Program-made: the position numbers and the translations under genes
Assembly (NCBI GenBank): GCA_051117555.1
Contig: JBNPEG010000051.1
Coordinates: 1 to 64,000, forward strand
Source: Elainellaceae cyanobacterium
Lineage (GTDB): Bacteria > Cyanobacteriota > Cyanobacteriia > CAZCXK01
DNA length: 64,000 bases
Direction: 5' to 3'
Shown: positions 1-9,758 of the stretch, in pieces
Position numbering within the stretch: position 1 is the first letter of the stretch
Layout of the letters: every line of letters begins with the position of its first letter
Notes under the pieces: generated by a model
Seen by the model: only the letters and a program-made list of their open reading frames with translations
Told to the model about the DNA's origin: nothing
Databases searched by the model: none

Positions 1-2
1 TG

Positions 3-62
3 CTGGGCGGCATTGTCGCTCTGATTATCTGGGCATTTAACACAGCCTACGCGCTTAACTGA
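3..62 (+). CDS. 3' end of a small membrane protein (partial, begins before the window)
   Basis: Frame from position 3 reads LGGIVALIIWAFNTAYALN-stop (TGA 60-62), a hydrophobic C-terminus. Confidence 0.55.
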   Translation: MGGIVALIIWAFNTAYALN

Positions 63-90
63 GCCACCTTTCTCAACATTTCACATCTGT

Positions 91-178
91 GTACGCTCTC
101 GCGTTAGGACGTTAAACGTGTGGTGAGTCCCCGCGCCGCGGTAGCTCACCACATAAACCTAAGCCCGTAGGGCTATAG
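91..178. mobile_element. TATAGC-ended palindromic dispersed element, subfamily A (left terminus degenerate)
   Basis: Reverse-complement match to 45295-45389 (gtacgctctcgcgttaggacgtt ... aaacct(a/g)agcccgtagggctata); central hairpin gtggtgag...ctcaccac. Confidence 0.75.
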
Positions 179-285
179 CTCTCTTGCTCCCAAGGGCAGT
201 GGTCTAACCACATACCCTTCTTTTTCCTATGACCGTATGCTCTCCCGGAAGGACATCGAATGGCTAAAGCGACGCAGCAGCATCC

Positions 286-380
286 ATCTTCCGTCTTCCG
301 CCTTCCGTCTTCCGCCTTCTGCCTTCCGCTTCCGCCTTCCGCCTTCCGCTTCCGGCCTCCGCCTTCCGTCTTCCGGCCTC
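286..380. repeat. Short tandem heptamer repeat (C/T)CTTCCG, STRR-like
   Basis: About 13 imperfect 6-7 nt units between convergent genes. Confidence 0.85.
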
Positions 381-405
381 TTTTTTGTACTTAACGCGCA
401 AATTT

Positions 406-1458
406 CTATAGTCCTAACAGTCGAAAAACGCTGGTAATCGAAATAATGCTGCCAAATACGTCTGATACTCTTGCCAAGCCTGAGCGCCCCACAATGACGG
501 TGTCGTAGGGGCGCAGAGGCGGATTCGTTTCATCATTGACGCTTTGCTCAAAGTCGACCTCAATGTCTTGACGGGTCACGGTTCCGTTGGGATTGAGCCG
601 CACCAGTTCGACGGTCTTTCGCCGTGCTCGATTGTTAAACCCACCGGCAGCCAGAATTGCCTGATTGAGCGGCGTATTGGGAGGGATTTGGACGGCACCG
701 GGGCTATCTACCTCGCCCACTACGTTGACTGTCATCTGATCGGGAGAAAAATTGGCAGTTGCGAGTTGTGTCGTTTCTTCCGGGCTTAAATCTGTCGCAA
801 GCGGGACTACGATTGTGTCTCTGTCTCGCAGAGCTACGTCTTGCCGCAAGTCTCCGTCTCGGAGCAGGCTCCAAAGATTGACTTCAATGTCTCTAGATTC
901 TTGTCCGTCGGGTTGCGATCGCCGCACTTGGATCTGTCGAATATTGGCTGACTGAGTAATGCCGCCAGCAAGCTGAATGGCGCGAGTGACCGTCGGTGAT
1001 GCATTCGCTTCGTCAGAGGTGATTGTGTAGGTGCCGGGTCGATTCACCTCTCCCGCGATCGCCAAGGTAATGGGTCTTGCTTCAAGCAACCGAACCGTCA
1101 CCAAGGGCCGCCTCAGAACCTGAGAGAGCTGCTGTGAGATGCGCTCAGAGGCTTGATCGAGGGTTAGCCCTTCAACTCGAACGGTGCCAACCAGTGGCAA
1201 ACTTAGATACCCATCTGCTAAGACCTGATAGTCACCGCTATATTCTGGCACGTTGAAAATATCAACCTGGAGGCGATCGCCCGCGCCCAGCATATAGCGA
1301 CTTTCGGATTCACCTGACTCTAACCGTATTTGAGTCTCAAAGTCAGTTTGTGCTGCAACATCCAGAGGATTCAACAGAATCAACACCCCTGACAACAGAA
1401 CTCCCTTGAGGAGAACGTGCATCAAATCGCCCGAACCGGATGAATTGAGTATCGCCAT
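406..1458 (-). CDS. Polysaccharide export protein (Wza/OPX-like, Poly_export + SLBB domains)
   Basis: YMLGAGDRLQVDIFNVPEYSG...DGYLSLPLVG; repeated GEVNRPG/GEVDSPG SLBB motifs; start may be the second Met (MHVLLK). Confidence 0.85.
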   Translation of the reverse strand: MAILNSSGSGDLMHVLLKGVLLSGVLILLNPLDVAAQTDFETQIRLESGESESRYMLGAGDRLQVDIFNVPEYSGDYQVLADGYLSLPLVGTVRVEGLTLDQASERISQQLSQVLRRPLVTVRLLEARPITLAIAGEVNRPGTYTITSDEANASPTVTRAIQLAGGITQSANIRQIQVRRSQPDGQESRDIEVNLWSLLRDGDLRQDVALRDRDTIVVPLATDLSPEETTQLATANFSPDQMTVNVVGEVDSPGAVQIPPNTPLNQAILAAGGFNNRARRKTVELVRLNPNGTVTRQDIEVDFEQSVNDETNPPLRPYDTVIVGRSGLARVSDVFGSIISITSVFRLLGL

Positions 1459-1514
1459 TAAACTGTCCTGATAGTTGCGGAGGGAATGGGTAATCCTAAG
1501 TACTCTTTGCTGCG

Positions 1515-2144
1515 ATGTGGATCGTCAATCAGGATAACTCTGTCATTAATTGCAACGATTGGTTAGCTATGCGAGCACTCATGCAGTCTATTCAAAAATT
1601 CGCGTCAACCCGCTCTGCAACCCGCTCTGCCCAGCCGTCCAGTTCGTCTAGATCCTCTGCCATTCATTGGGTCTTGCCCAATCAGTTAGCCCTTGGCAGG
1701 CTCCCCCGATCGGGTGAAAGCCAGATGCTATCTGAAGCAGGGATTGATCACATCTTGACATTGTGTGCCCAAGCCGAAGGTGTCTTGCCGCTCGATGTTT
1801 CCCAGACGTTTTCATGCCAGCGGTTTATTCTCCCCGATAGTAACTATTTGCTCCGCCTCAATACGCGACACCTTGACCGAGCCGTGCAAATTCTAAATCA
1901 GTGGTTTGAAGATCGCCATACTGTCTATGTTCACTGCCTTGCCGGAGTCGAGCGATCGCCTACTGTGTGTATTGCCTATCTCTGTCTACATCACAATTTT
2001 GAACTGTGGGAAGCCGTAACCTGGGTTAAACAAGTGCATCCTCCAGCGATGCCGACTGACAACCAAATTCAAGTGATTCGTGACCTCATGCAGCACCGGC
2101 AAAATGCTCAATTGCGACTTTCAAATGATGACTTGCTTTGCTAA
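1515..2144 (+). CDS. Dual-specificity protein phosphatase family protein
   Basis: CX5R signature VHCLAGVERS; true start probably downstream. Confidence 0.85.
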   Translation: MWIVNQDNSVINCNDWLAMRALMQSIQKFASTRSATRSAQPSSSSRSSAIHWVLPNQLALGRLPRSGESQMLSEAGIDHILTLCAQAEGVLPLDVSQTFSCQRFILPDSNYLLRLNTRHLDRAVQILNQWFEDRHTVYVHCLAGVERSPTVCIAYLCLHHNFELWEAVTWVKQVHPPAMPTDNQIQVIRDLMQHRQNAQLRLSNDDLLC

Positions 2145-2152
2145 CCCGACTC

Positions 2153-2926
2153 TTAGTTCTCCTTCACGAGCGCTTCGGCGAGGCTGACATCAAAGTAGGT
2201 CGCATTGCCAACATCCCCCTCGATCGCCCGAAATGGCAAATTAGGCTCTCCGAGATGATCAAGCACGAGCAATGCATTTGAGAATTGTTGGTCATGGGTG
2301 TAGCGATTGATCGTGACGATGGTTTTAAGCCCTGCTCGGGTAGCCGCCTCTACGCCATGTTGAGAATCTTCAATGACTACGCAATTATCAGGGTTGAGAT
2401 CCATCGACTGCACGACATAGTGATAAATATCGGGTGCCGGCTTTTTCTGAGGGACAATATCTCCCGCTGCGATCACCTCAAACCAATCTGGGCTGTCTGG
2501 AGCCAGTATGGTTTTGAGAAGGGCGATCGCATTATCAGGGGCACTTGTGGTTGCGATCGCCAAACGGATTCCCATCGCTCGCGCCTCCTGAATGAGTCGA
2601 ACAATACCCGGACGGGGAGGAATCTGTCCGTCTTGAAGCAACTGCTTAAAATATGCCGTTTTAACGGCGTGCAAGTTTGCGACGAAGTCAGTCAGGTCAA
2701 CCGCAGATTTCAACGCCTCAGAATCGGGGCAATATTGATTGAGATAAAACCGAATCCTCTCTTTTCCACCCGAAACCGACAGCAACTGACCGTATAGTTC
2801 ACTCGACCAATGCCAATCGAGTCCGGCTTGAGCAAATGCCCAGTTAAATGCAACCCGGTGCCCAGATTGTTCAGTTTCAGCGATCGTGCCATCCACATCA
2901 AAGATCAATGCTTGAAGCTGAGGCAT
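2153..2926 (-). CDS. HAD-IA hydrolase, CbbY-like
   Basis: IFDVDGTIAETE motif I, GGKERI, KKPAPDIY, IEDS. Confidence 0.85.
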   Translation of the reverse strand: MPQLQALIFDVDGTIAETEQSGHRVAFNWAFAQAGLDWHWSSELYGQLLSVSGGKERIRFYLNQYCPDSEALKSAVDLTDFVANLHAVKTAYFKQLLQDGQIPPRPGIVRLIQEARAMGIRLAIATTSAPDNAIALLKTILAPDSPDWFEVIAAGDIVPQKKPAPDIYHYVVQSMDLNPDNCVVIEDSQHGVEAATRAGLKTIVTINRYTHDQQFSNALLVLDHLGEPNLPFRAIEGDVGNATYFDVSLAEALVKEN

Positions 2927-2936
2927 GTTATTACCG

Positions 2937-3326
2937 TTAAATCATCGCAATGCACTCGATTTCGACCCGCACGTTTTTGGGCAATCGAGCCACTTCAACG
3001 CAGGCACGCGCAGGGGCATTCGCGTCATCAAAATATTGGCTATAGATCTGATTGACGACCGCAAAATCATTCATGTCTGCCAGAAATACCGTTGTTTTAA
3101 CAACATTTTCAAACGTCGCTCCTGCGGCTTTCAAAACAGCGCCCACATTGGTCATGACTTGCTCCGTTTGGGCGGCCACATCTCCTTCCCCAATGATTGT
3201 TCCTGATTTGGGATCGAGAGGAATTTGACCCGCTAAAAAGATCATCTGCCCTGTTGCCGAAATCGCCTGGTTATAGGGCCCTACAGGTGCGGGAGCATGT
3301 TCGGTGCGAATGACGTGTCGAGACAT
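2937..3326 (-). CDS. ridA: RidA/YjgF family enamine/imine deaminase
   Basis: APAPVGPYNQA, GQIPLDP, PARACVEVARLPKNVRVEIECIA. Confidence 0.9.
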   Translation of the reverse strand: MSRHVIRTEHAPAPVGPYNQAISATGQMIFLAGQIPLDPKSGTIIGEGDVAAQTEQVMTNVGAVLKAAGATFENVVKTTVFLADMNDFAVVNQIYSQYFDDANAPARACVEVARLPKNVRVEIECIAMI

Positions 3327-3468
3327 AAACTATTACCGGGATATTAGATCTTAAATAAGGGGCATTCTAGACTCGTTCTGTCCCCAGAATGGAAAATTTA
3401 AGGGCACTACTAGGGCTTGCTCACACAAAATTAGCCCACGCCGTGCCGTCTGGGGTTTCTAGATTCAC

Positions 3469-3927
3469 CTAGGAGGATAGACGGGGTCGCAATCCGTAAT
3501 CCCGATATTGCCGATAGTCACGCAAAATCCGATCGTGGTCAAAGCATAGCGTATCGGGTATCTGCCAGATTTCGAACAGCTTTACGGCTTTGGCATCATC
3601 GGCTGCTTTAGGGTCACCGTTGGCGATCGCCAAAAACACAACTGACAGCGTGTGTTTACGAGGGTCGCGATTCGGATCAGAGTAAACCTGAAACTGTTCA
3701 ACGAGTTCTATCGTTAAACCTGTCTCTTCGAACGCTTCCCGGCGGGCAGCCGTCTCCACCGATTCGCCGTAATCTACAAACCCTCCCGGCAGTGCCCAGC
3801 CATGGGGAGCATTAAGCCGTTCAATTAAAATTATTGGCCGATGAGGACGATCCGTCAATTCAATAATGACGTCAACCGTTGGAATAGGATTGCGATATGA
3901 CACGGTTAAGGGCTTGTTAGAAGACAA
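3469..3927 (-). CDS. NUDIX hydrolase
   Basis: Nudix box [33 protein letters not shown]. Confidence 0.9.
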   Translation of the reverse strand: MSSNKPLTVSYRNPIPTVDVIIELTDRPHRPIILIERLNAPHGWALPGGFVDYGESVETAARREAFEETGLTIELVEQFQVYSDPNRDPRKHTLSVVFLAIANGDPKAADDAKAVKLFEIWQIPDTLCFDHDRILRDYRQYRDYGLRPRLSS

Positions 3928-3996
3928 CTTCGCATGTTCGGATCAGCTAGACGGTCACAACACTGGTTGACTGACAAAAGATCAGAGGCTGGCGGT

Positions 3997-4040
3997 TGTA
4001 GACGCACCGCGGCTTCTCGAAGAGTAACCGCGCCTACACA
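3997..4040. repeat. Intergenic hairpin, GTAG-type REP-like
   Basis: tgtagacgcaccgcgg-cttctcgaagagtaa-ccgcgcctaca imperfect inverted repeat. Confidence 0.45.
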
Positions 4041-4145
4041 CACAAAGTCGACAAAGGGCGACTGTTCTCAACCCGCGTTTCGCCCGTATAGCAGCAGTTT
4101 TAACGGCCGCCAATTAAAGTTTTGTCAGTCAATCAGGTCACAACA

Positions 4146-4520
4146 CTACATTTTTGCACTTTTTAAGAGTTGCTTTACAGTTCTGACGAGTTCGGAGGCG
4201 TGAAATGGTTTCGTGATATATGCATCCGCCCCTTGTTTAATTCCCCAATATCGGTCAAATTCTTCGCTTTTGGTTGTACAAACCAGCACGGGTACGTTTT
4301 TATACGAGGGATCGTTTTTAATCCATCGGCAGAGCTCATATCCGTTCATTTTAGGCATGATCAAATCGGTGATCACCAAATCTGGACAACTCATCTGAAT
4401 TTTTTGCTGAGCATCAATGCCGTTGATTGCTTCGAGCACATTCAAACCGTTTCCCTGCAATAATTCGATGAGCATTTGCCGTAATGTTTGACTGTCGTCC
4501 ACGATTAGCACTGTGGCCAT
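4146..4520 (-). CDS. Single-domain response regulator (PilH/CheY-like)
   Basis: IVDDS, TDLIMPKMNGYELCR, WGIKQGADAYITKPF. Confidence 0.9.
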   Translation of the reverse strand: MATVLIVDDSQTLRQMLIELLQGNGLNVLEAINGIDAQQKIQMSCPDLVITDLIMPKMNGYELCRWIKNDPSYKNVPVLVCTTKSEEFDRYWGIKQGADAYITKPFHASELVRTVKQLLKSAKM

Positions 4521-4846
4521 AATGGTTTACCTAACCACACCCTTTCCAAGTCGGATAGCGATCGCCATATTCCCTCGTCTGGTTCACTAGAGAATGTGTC
4601 ATTTCAGGCAATGATTTAGAGAACCATCCTCTGCCTCTACACCCCAGTCGCGTTTTGTTTTTAGCAGTATTCCCAAAGAAGACGTCACAACGTATGTCTC
4701 GCTGATGCTTTATTCAAGCTTTAGAAAGCGCCTGAGTTACAAATACCTGCGAGGCATTGTACCGGACAAGTGGGTAATTTCCATGGGGGCTCTTTCCCCT
4801 CGCGGGTATCAATGCCCCAATACTCCACCTCAACCCGATGGTTGGA

Positions 4847-5470
4847 TCACTGCTCGATACGCTTTCGTCGAGTCTCTAGCCAGACCATGCTGACTACCCA
4901 AATTACAACCAGGGCAAGAGCAAAGATGGCGAACTCAGCCACCCACTGAATAAGCTGCTCTAACGGAACGACACGCCCAACAAAAAAGGAAAGACTCACC
5001 ATCACAGATGCCCACGCAACCGCACCTGCTAAATTACACGCCAAAAACTTTAGATAGGGCATATGAACCGTACCAGCCAGCGGACCTGCAAAAATGCGAA
5101 GCAATGCCACGAAGCGCCCCAGAAAAACTGCCTTTGCAGCATTTTGACTGAACTGATCGCGCACGCCAATTAATTGTTCTTCCTGAATCCGAAACAGCCG
5201 ACCCAAACGAGTCAGTAACGGCCACCCCCCATGAAATCCAATCCAATATCCGATATTGTCTCCGATTACGGCACCGCCTGCCGCGATCGCCAAAACCCAT
5301 CCATAGGCGAGTTCACCGCTACCCGCAAGGAATCCTCCGACTAGAGTAATCGTTTCGCCAGGCAGCGGAATACCCGCATTTTCTAGCAAAATACCGAGAA
5401 ATATTGCGACGTAGCCGTATTCATGCGCAATTTCTTGAATCGTTTGCAGCGAGACGAATTCGATAGACAT
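4847..5470 (-). CDS. DedA family membrane protein
   Basis: ENAGIPLPGET, GDNIGYWIG, GRFVALLR; start placed at MSIEF. Confidence 0.9.
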   Translation of the reverse strand: MSIEFVSLQTIQEIAHEYGYVAIFLGILLENAGIPLPGETITLVGGFLAGSGELAYGWVLAIAAGGAVIGDNIGYWIGFHGGWPLLTRLGRLFRIQEEQLIGVRDQFSQNAAKAVFLGRFVALLRIFAGPLAGTVHMPYLKFLACNLAGAVAWASVMVSLSFFVGRVVPLEQLIQWVAEFAIFALALVVIWVVSMVWLETRRKRIEQ

Positions 5471-5649
5471 GAACAGCAGCCTTTGCAAAACTTTATAAGT
5501 CGATACAATAATCCTGTCTCATCTGAAGAGGGGCTGTCAATTGCTAAACCTGAGCGTTTAATAAAAAAATCCTGAGAAAATTTAACCACCTGGTTAACAC
5601 GCCCTCAAGGGACGCCGATTCGAGTCACTTGCCAGAGAGGAGAGACACG

Positions 5650-6453
5650 TTAAGAGGTGAGTACTTCTGATTGAGTGGGGTCTAATATCCAACAGGATTG
5701 AGTCGACGGAATCGCTAAATCCAAGATTGGCTGGTTGATGAGGCAGTGCCAATGACACTCAAAGAGATTGGGCGTTTGGACTCCGATGCTGGCGATCGCA
5801 GGCAGTGCCGGGAAGGGATAAAGTCGGTCAAAGCATAGACGCTGGTGGTGGACGCCAAACTGTACTAGGTAAGTTCCGGGAGTAGCGTTCAGAGAATTTA
5901 GGAGGCGATACCCCATCTGATACAGAGGTTGCCTCCACCGATCGACTAAATGAAAGGGTTGAGAAAAGTGGTGAGGCACGTCTGAAGATGAGACATCTGC
6001 GGGTTGACCAATCACTTCCCCATATAGAGGGCCTTTAGCAGTCCAGACAATCGGCTGCCAAAACTCGCCTGATCCTCCGGCATATCCCCACTGATCATGC
6101 ACATATTGTCGAAGCGCAGGAACATCTCGACATGTGGAGTAGAGCGATCGCCCCCCAAAGTTCAGTGTCTCAGGAATATTTAGAGTCAGCGGACATAAAA
6201 TTTCGTCTTCGGCTGTACGAGCGCGATCGCCCAGCCAGCTAGAAGGAGTCACGACGTCAACGTGAACCGCATCATCTATCAAATCAGGCCGAGATGCGGT
6301 AGTCTCAGCCGAGGATGTCAGAGAGTAGGATGAGGTCGTAGTGGCGATCGCCTGTCGCAGTGCCGCAACCTGCTGAGTCACGCCGTCAGATGCTAGGGCA
6401 AAACCGCTGTCCGGTTTATTTTCCTCATCGACAACGATGCACACTCGAACCAC
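5650..6453 (-). CDS. Hypothetical protein
   Basis: 267-aa ORF abutting the upstream gene; no confident family. Confidence 0.7.
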   Translation of the reverse strand: MVRVCIVVDEENKPDSGFALASDGVTQQVAALRQAIATTTSSYSLTSSAETTASRPDLIDDAVHVDVVTPSSWLGDRARTAEDEILCPLTLNIPETLNFGGRSLYSTCRDVPALRQYVHDQWGYAGGSGEFWQPIVWTAKGPLYGEVIGQPADVSSSDVPHHFSQPFHLVDRWRQPLYQMGYRLLNSLNATPGTYLVQFGVHHQRLCFDRLYPFPALPAIASIGVQTPNLFECHWHCLINQPILDLAIPSTQSCWILDPTQSEVLTS

Positions 6454-7010
6454 TATGTATCTCCGGCGAGAGTCGGCACCTTCACCGAAGCAGACCCTAG
6501 ACGTGGAAAGCTAGGCAAATCGAGCTGGCCCGTCCGACGATTTCTAACCGCTAACCGATAACTCACGCTTTGCAGCTCTGCATGAAGATGCCGATTTTCG
6601 CGCTGAATTCGAGCAATTCGTTCCTTGATAGGAACCATCCGCTCCGCAAATTTATCCTTGTAAACGCGAGGCAATTCTTGGACAACTTGCTCCAGCATGC
6701 GGGAACGATCGGTAAGCTGCTGAACAGAGTTGCGTAATTGCTGAATCTCGGTATCCCGTTCGCTGATTTGCTCTTGGTAAAAAGCAACCTGCTCTTCGAC
6801 ATTTTTTAGTTGCTCTCGGAGCGATCGCACCTCAGACTGGTGACGCTCTGACACATCCGGAGTGGGCACAATAGCTGCGTTGCCCTTGACTAAACGAAAC
6901 AGCTCTTGCGAAAGCTGCTGAGCGAGTTGGTCGCGAAGTTGCAATTCTTCACGGAGGTGAGCATTTTCAGATTCAAGATTGGATGAATTGGGAGTAGGCT
7001 GTCGAGTCAC
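6453..7010 (-). CDS. Conserved cyanobacterial coiled-coil protein (Npun_F5560-like)
   Basis: LREELQLRDQLAQQLSQELFRLVKGN and heptad-rich body; GTG start at 7010 overlaps the upstream TGA (GTGA). Confidence 0.75.
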   Translation of the reverse strand: MTRQPTPNSSNLESENAHLREELQLRDQLAQQLSQELFRLVKGNAAIVPTPDVSERHQSEVRSLREQLKNVEEQVAFYQEQISERDTEIQQLRNSVQQLTDRSRMLEQVVQELPRVYKDKFAERMVPIKERIARIQRENRHLHAELQSVSYRLAVRNRRTGQLDLPSFPRLGSASVKVPTLAGDT

Positions 7011-8005
7011 GTTACCGCTCCAATACGATTGTCTTCCCAGCGACGCGGAGGCGCCGCGCGGCGAGTATCTCGCCAAATAGCTGTTGCAGCTAATGTACCA
7101 TCTGCAACGGCAATTGACACCTGATTTAGACCATCCTTTAAATCTCCTAGTGCAAAAATTCGAGGATGAGAGGTTCGGCACATGGAATCCGTTACCACAT
7201 TGTTGCCGTTCCACTCTAAATCTAGAGACTGTAAATACCCGCTGTAATAGTGAGATCCCATCGCTACTAGACCAGTTTCTAACGGAATCCTGGAGCCGTC
7301 GGCCAGCTCAACGCCAGTCATCTCATGATCATGGCCTAGAAATTGGCGAATCGGAGTTTCAATCAACGGAAACCCATAATGATTCAACTTTTCTCGCATG
7401 TCAGCGCCGACATCAACGCTCCCCTGCGTAAACACGGTGATATAGGGGGTAAACCAGTTTAAGACAAAGGCCGTGTTAATTGCGCCTTCCGACCCCACAA
7501 ACAGGCCACATTTCTTATCTGCCATTTCGTAGCCGTCACAAATCATGCAGACATGCAAGTTATATCCCGCATAGTCATAAACATTTTGCATGTTGTCGAG
7601 TTGGGGCAAGTTATCGATGATGCCGCTTGCTGCGATTAGATACTTGGAGCGAAAAACAGGGTAGATGCTATTCTTTTTTCCAACTTTGACTTTGACGTCA
7701 AACGTGTCCCCTTTGTCAGTGACATCTTCAACAAACCCATTGAGATAGTCGCCATCCAGCTCTAAGACATGATCTTTTCCCTGCTTGAGCAAATCACGAC
7801 CCGGCGTGTCAGGGGGCAAGCCCAAATAATTTCTCAAATCCTGCATCCAAAACGATCGCCCTAGCCCTTTTTCAATTACCAAGCAAGACAAGCGATATCG
7901 CTGCAAATAAATTGCGGCTGACAATCCGCCAGCTCCTCCTCCAACGATAATCGCGTCATAATAATGGTCGAGTCGCTGATCCAAGTTTCGCTTAGACAGT
8001 TTCAT
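7007..8005 (-). CDS. NAD(P)/FAD-dependent oxidoreductase, thioredoxin reductase-like
   Basis: GGGAGGLSAA FAD motif, CMICDG CxxC, TSHPRIFALGD. Confidence 0.85.
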   Translation of the reverse strand: MKLSKRNLDQRLDHYYDAIIVGGGAGGLSAAIYLQRYRLSCLVIEKGLGRSFWMQDLRNYLGLPPDTPGRDLLKQGKDHVLELDGDYLNGFVEDVTDKGDTFDVKVKVGKKNSIYPVFRSKYLIAASGIIDNLPQLDNMQNVYDYAGYNLHVCMICDGYEMADKKCGLFVGSEGAINTAFVLNWFTPYITVFTQGSVDVGADMREKLNHYGFPLIETPIRQFLGHDHEMTGVELADGSRIPLETGLVAMGSHYYSGYLQSLDLEWNGNNVVTDSMCRTSHPRIFALGDLKDGLNQVSIAVADGTLAATAIWRDTRRAAPPRRWEDNRIGAVT

Positions 8006-8391
8006 CAGTTCATCTAGGTAGCTACTGTCGGACTGGTTTTACATTGCTTATCTACTGCTATCATTATGGGGAATATTTGCCCAAGCTTGCAGCAATTGGC
8101 TTTCGATTTATCGATTTTCTAAATTTTGGAGATCAGATTTATTCGAAGATTAGATTTATTCGCAGATCAGCTTAGGAGTGACCTGAACCTTTTAGACATG
8201 ATAACGAAGTCCGCAGACAATGCGGACTGAAGGTTTTTGGGCGTGCTGAGTTAAGTTTTATTTTTTGCAGGGGCGGTTTTAACCGCCCCGCTCATTTTCG
8301 CTAGACACACGTAATGCAGGAGTTCCTCGATTGCTCAGTAATAGCTCGGGGATCAAGCCAGTGCCGGTGTGCCCAATTTCCACAACGACAT

Positions 8392-8715
8392 CTAAACACT
8401 CGCCTCAGATGGCTCAGGCTGCACCTGGCGAGGATCGAGCTTAATGGTCAGGTAACGAATGACTTCGTCGCTGAGTCGCATCGATCGCTCTAAAATTCCG
8501 ATGGCTTCGCCTGGGCTGCTATAGTTCATTTGAATATAGATGCCTTCTTTGTGGCGATCAATTTCATACGCAAGGCGGCGCTTGCCTCGATGCTGAGTTT
8601 CGACATTTTGTGCGCCTTGTTCATTAAGAAGGCTCTGATATTTTTCAATTGCTTGGTCAGTTTGCTCTTCACCCAGGTCAGGGCGCAAAATATACATCGT
8701 TTCGTACGCGTTCAT
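8392..8715 (-). CDS. rpsF: 30S ribosomal protein S6
   Basis: [25 protein letters not shown]. Confidence 0.97.
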   Translation of the reverse strand: MNAYETMYILRPDLGEEQTDQAIEKYQSLLNEQGAQNVETQHRGKRRLAYEIDRHKEGIYIQMNYSSPGEAIGILERSMRLSDEVIRYLTIKLDPRQVQPEPSEASV

Positions 8716-8724
8716 CAAAATAAT

Positions 8725-8834
8725 CTCCTTGTGGACAAAACGGCCTCTGGTGCAAAATTATCCTGACTAATCAAGATGGGTCAGAAATATCAAACCGCAA
8801 TCTTGGTCTAATCACATTGCATTAAAGGCAAGGA
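8725..8834 (-). promoter_or_regulatory. Putative S6:S18 ribosomal protein leader RNA
   Basis: Minus-strand UCCUUG can pair with CAAGGA of the SD; unpaired CCA lies directly 5' of the SD strand. Confidence 0.55.
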
Positions 8835-8893
8835 ATTACAATCATATACCACAGGTCAGTCAACCCACTACAGTAACCCTTAATTCATAGACT

Positions 8894-9691
8894 ATGGCGC
8901 AGCGGTATGTCCGAGTACAAACTCGAGAAGGACAGCTTCATTACGGATTGCTACTTCTTGATCGTCAAGTGCAGGTTTTGGATGCTCCCCCTTGGCTAAA
9001 GGGGCAACCCACGGACCGCGAACTTGAGCCAAACAGTTACCAACTTCTGGCTCCTTGTGCTCCTTCTAAAATCGTGGCGGTTGGGAAGAATTATTCAAAA
9101 CATGCGGAGGAAATGGGGGCAGAGGTTCCGGCGGAGCCTCTGCTATTTCTCAAACCGTCTACTACGATTACAGCGGCGGGGTTGTCGATTTATTATCCTT
9201 CGCAGTCTCGGCGCATTGATTATGAAGGGGAACTCGCAGTCGTGATTGGGGATCGTTGTGTGGATTGCTCGCCGGAGGAGGCTCAGACAAAAATTTGGGG
9301 CTACACGATTGCCAACGATGTTACAGCCCGCGATCTTCAACAAAAAGATGGGCAATGGACTCGTGCTAAGGGATTTGATACATTTTGCCCGTTAGGACCC
9401 TGGGTTGTTCGAGAACTCAGTCCAGGAGCCCGATTAGAAACGTTTCTAAATGGCGATCGCGATCCTGTCCAATCGGCATCCGTTGAAGATATGACGTTTT
9501 CACCCGATTTTTTGGTGTCGTATATCAGTCAAATCATGACGCTCCTGCCCGGGGATATTGTTTTAACTGGCACCCCTGATGGCATCGGCCCTCTTCAAGT
9601 TGGCGATCGCGTCCGAGTTAGGGTAGAAGGCATCGGTTCGCTTGAAAACACGGTCGCACTCCGAAAAAGTGCTCATGTGGCGATCGCATAA
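8894..9691 (+). CDS. Fumarylacetoacetate hydrolase family protein
   Basis: KIVAVGKNY, DYEGELAVVIG, NDVTARD, KGFDTFCPLGP, GDIVLTGTP. Confidence 0.92.
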   Translation: MAQRYVRVQTREGQLHYGLLLLDRQVQVLDAPPWLKGQPTDRELEPNSYQLLAPCAPSKIVAVGKNYSKHAEEMGAEVPAEPLLFLKPSTTITAAGLSIYYPSQSRRIDYEGELAVVIGDRCVDCSPEEAQTKIWGYTIANDVTARDLQQKDGQWTRAKGFDTFCPLGPWVVRELSPGARLETFLNGDRDPVQSASVEDMTFSPDFLVSYISQIMTLLPGDIVLTGTPDGIGPLQVGDRVRVRVEGIGSLENTVALRKSAHVAIA

Positions 9692-9758
9692 TCTCGCCAT
9701 CTTGGGGAGGGCAGTACGCGCTTTATCTAATAAGCACTCCAAATAAGCACTCCAAAAA

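Noticed and set aside
237..437. 66-aa ORF
   Set aside because: It is a translation of the heptamer tandem repeat and overlaps the 3' end of the export gene on the opposite strand
3405..3470. Further TATAGC-type element
   Set aside because: Only weak hairpin potential, and the termini do not match the family
3934..4203. 89-aa plus-strand ORF
   Set aside because: It spans an intergenic hairpin and runs antisense into the response regulator, with no protein-like features
7011..7214. N-terminal extension of the 253-aa ORF
   Set aside because: It overlaps the upstream oxidoreductase; the GTG at 7010 with GTGA coupling is the better start
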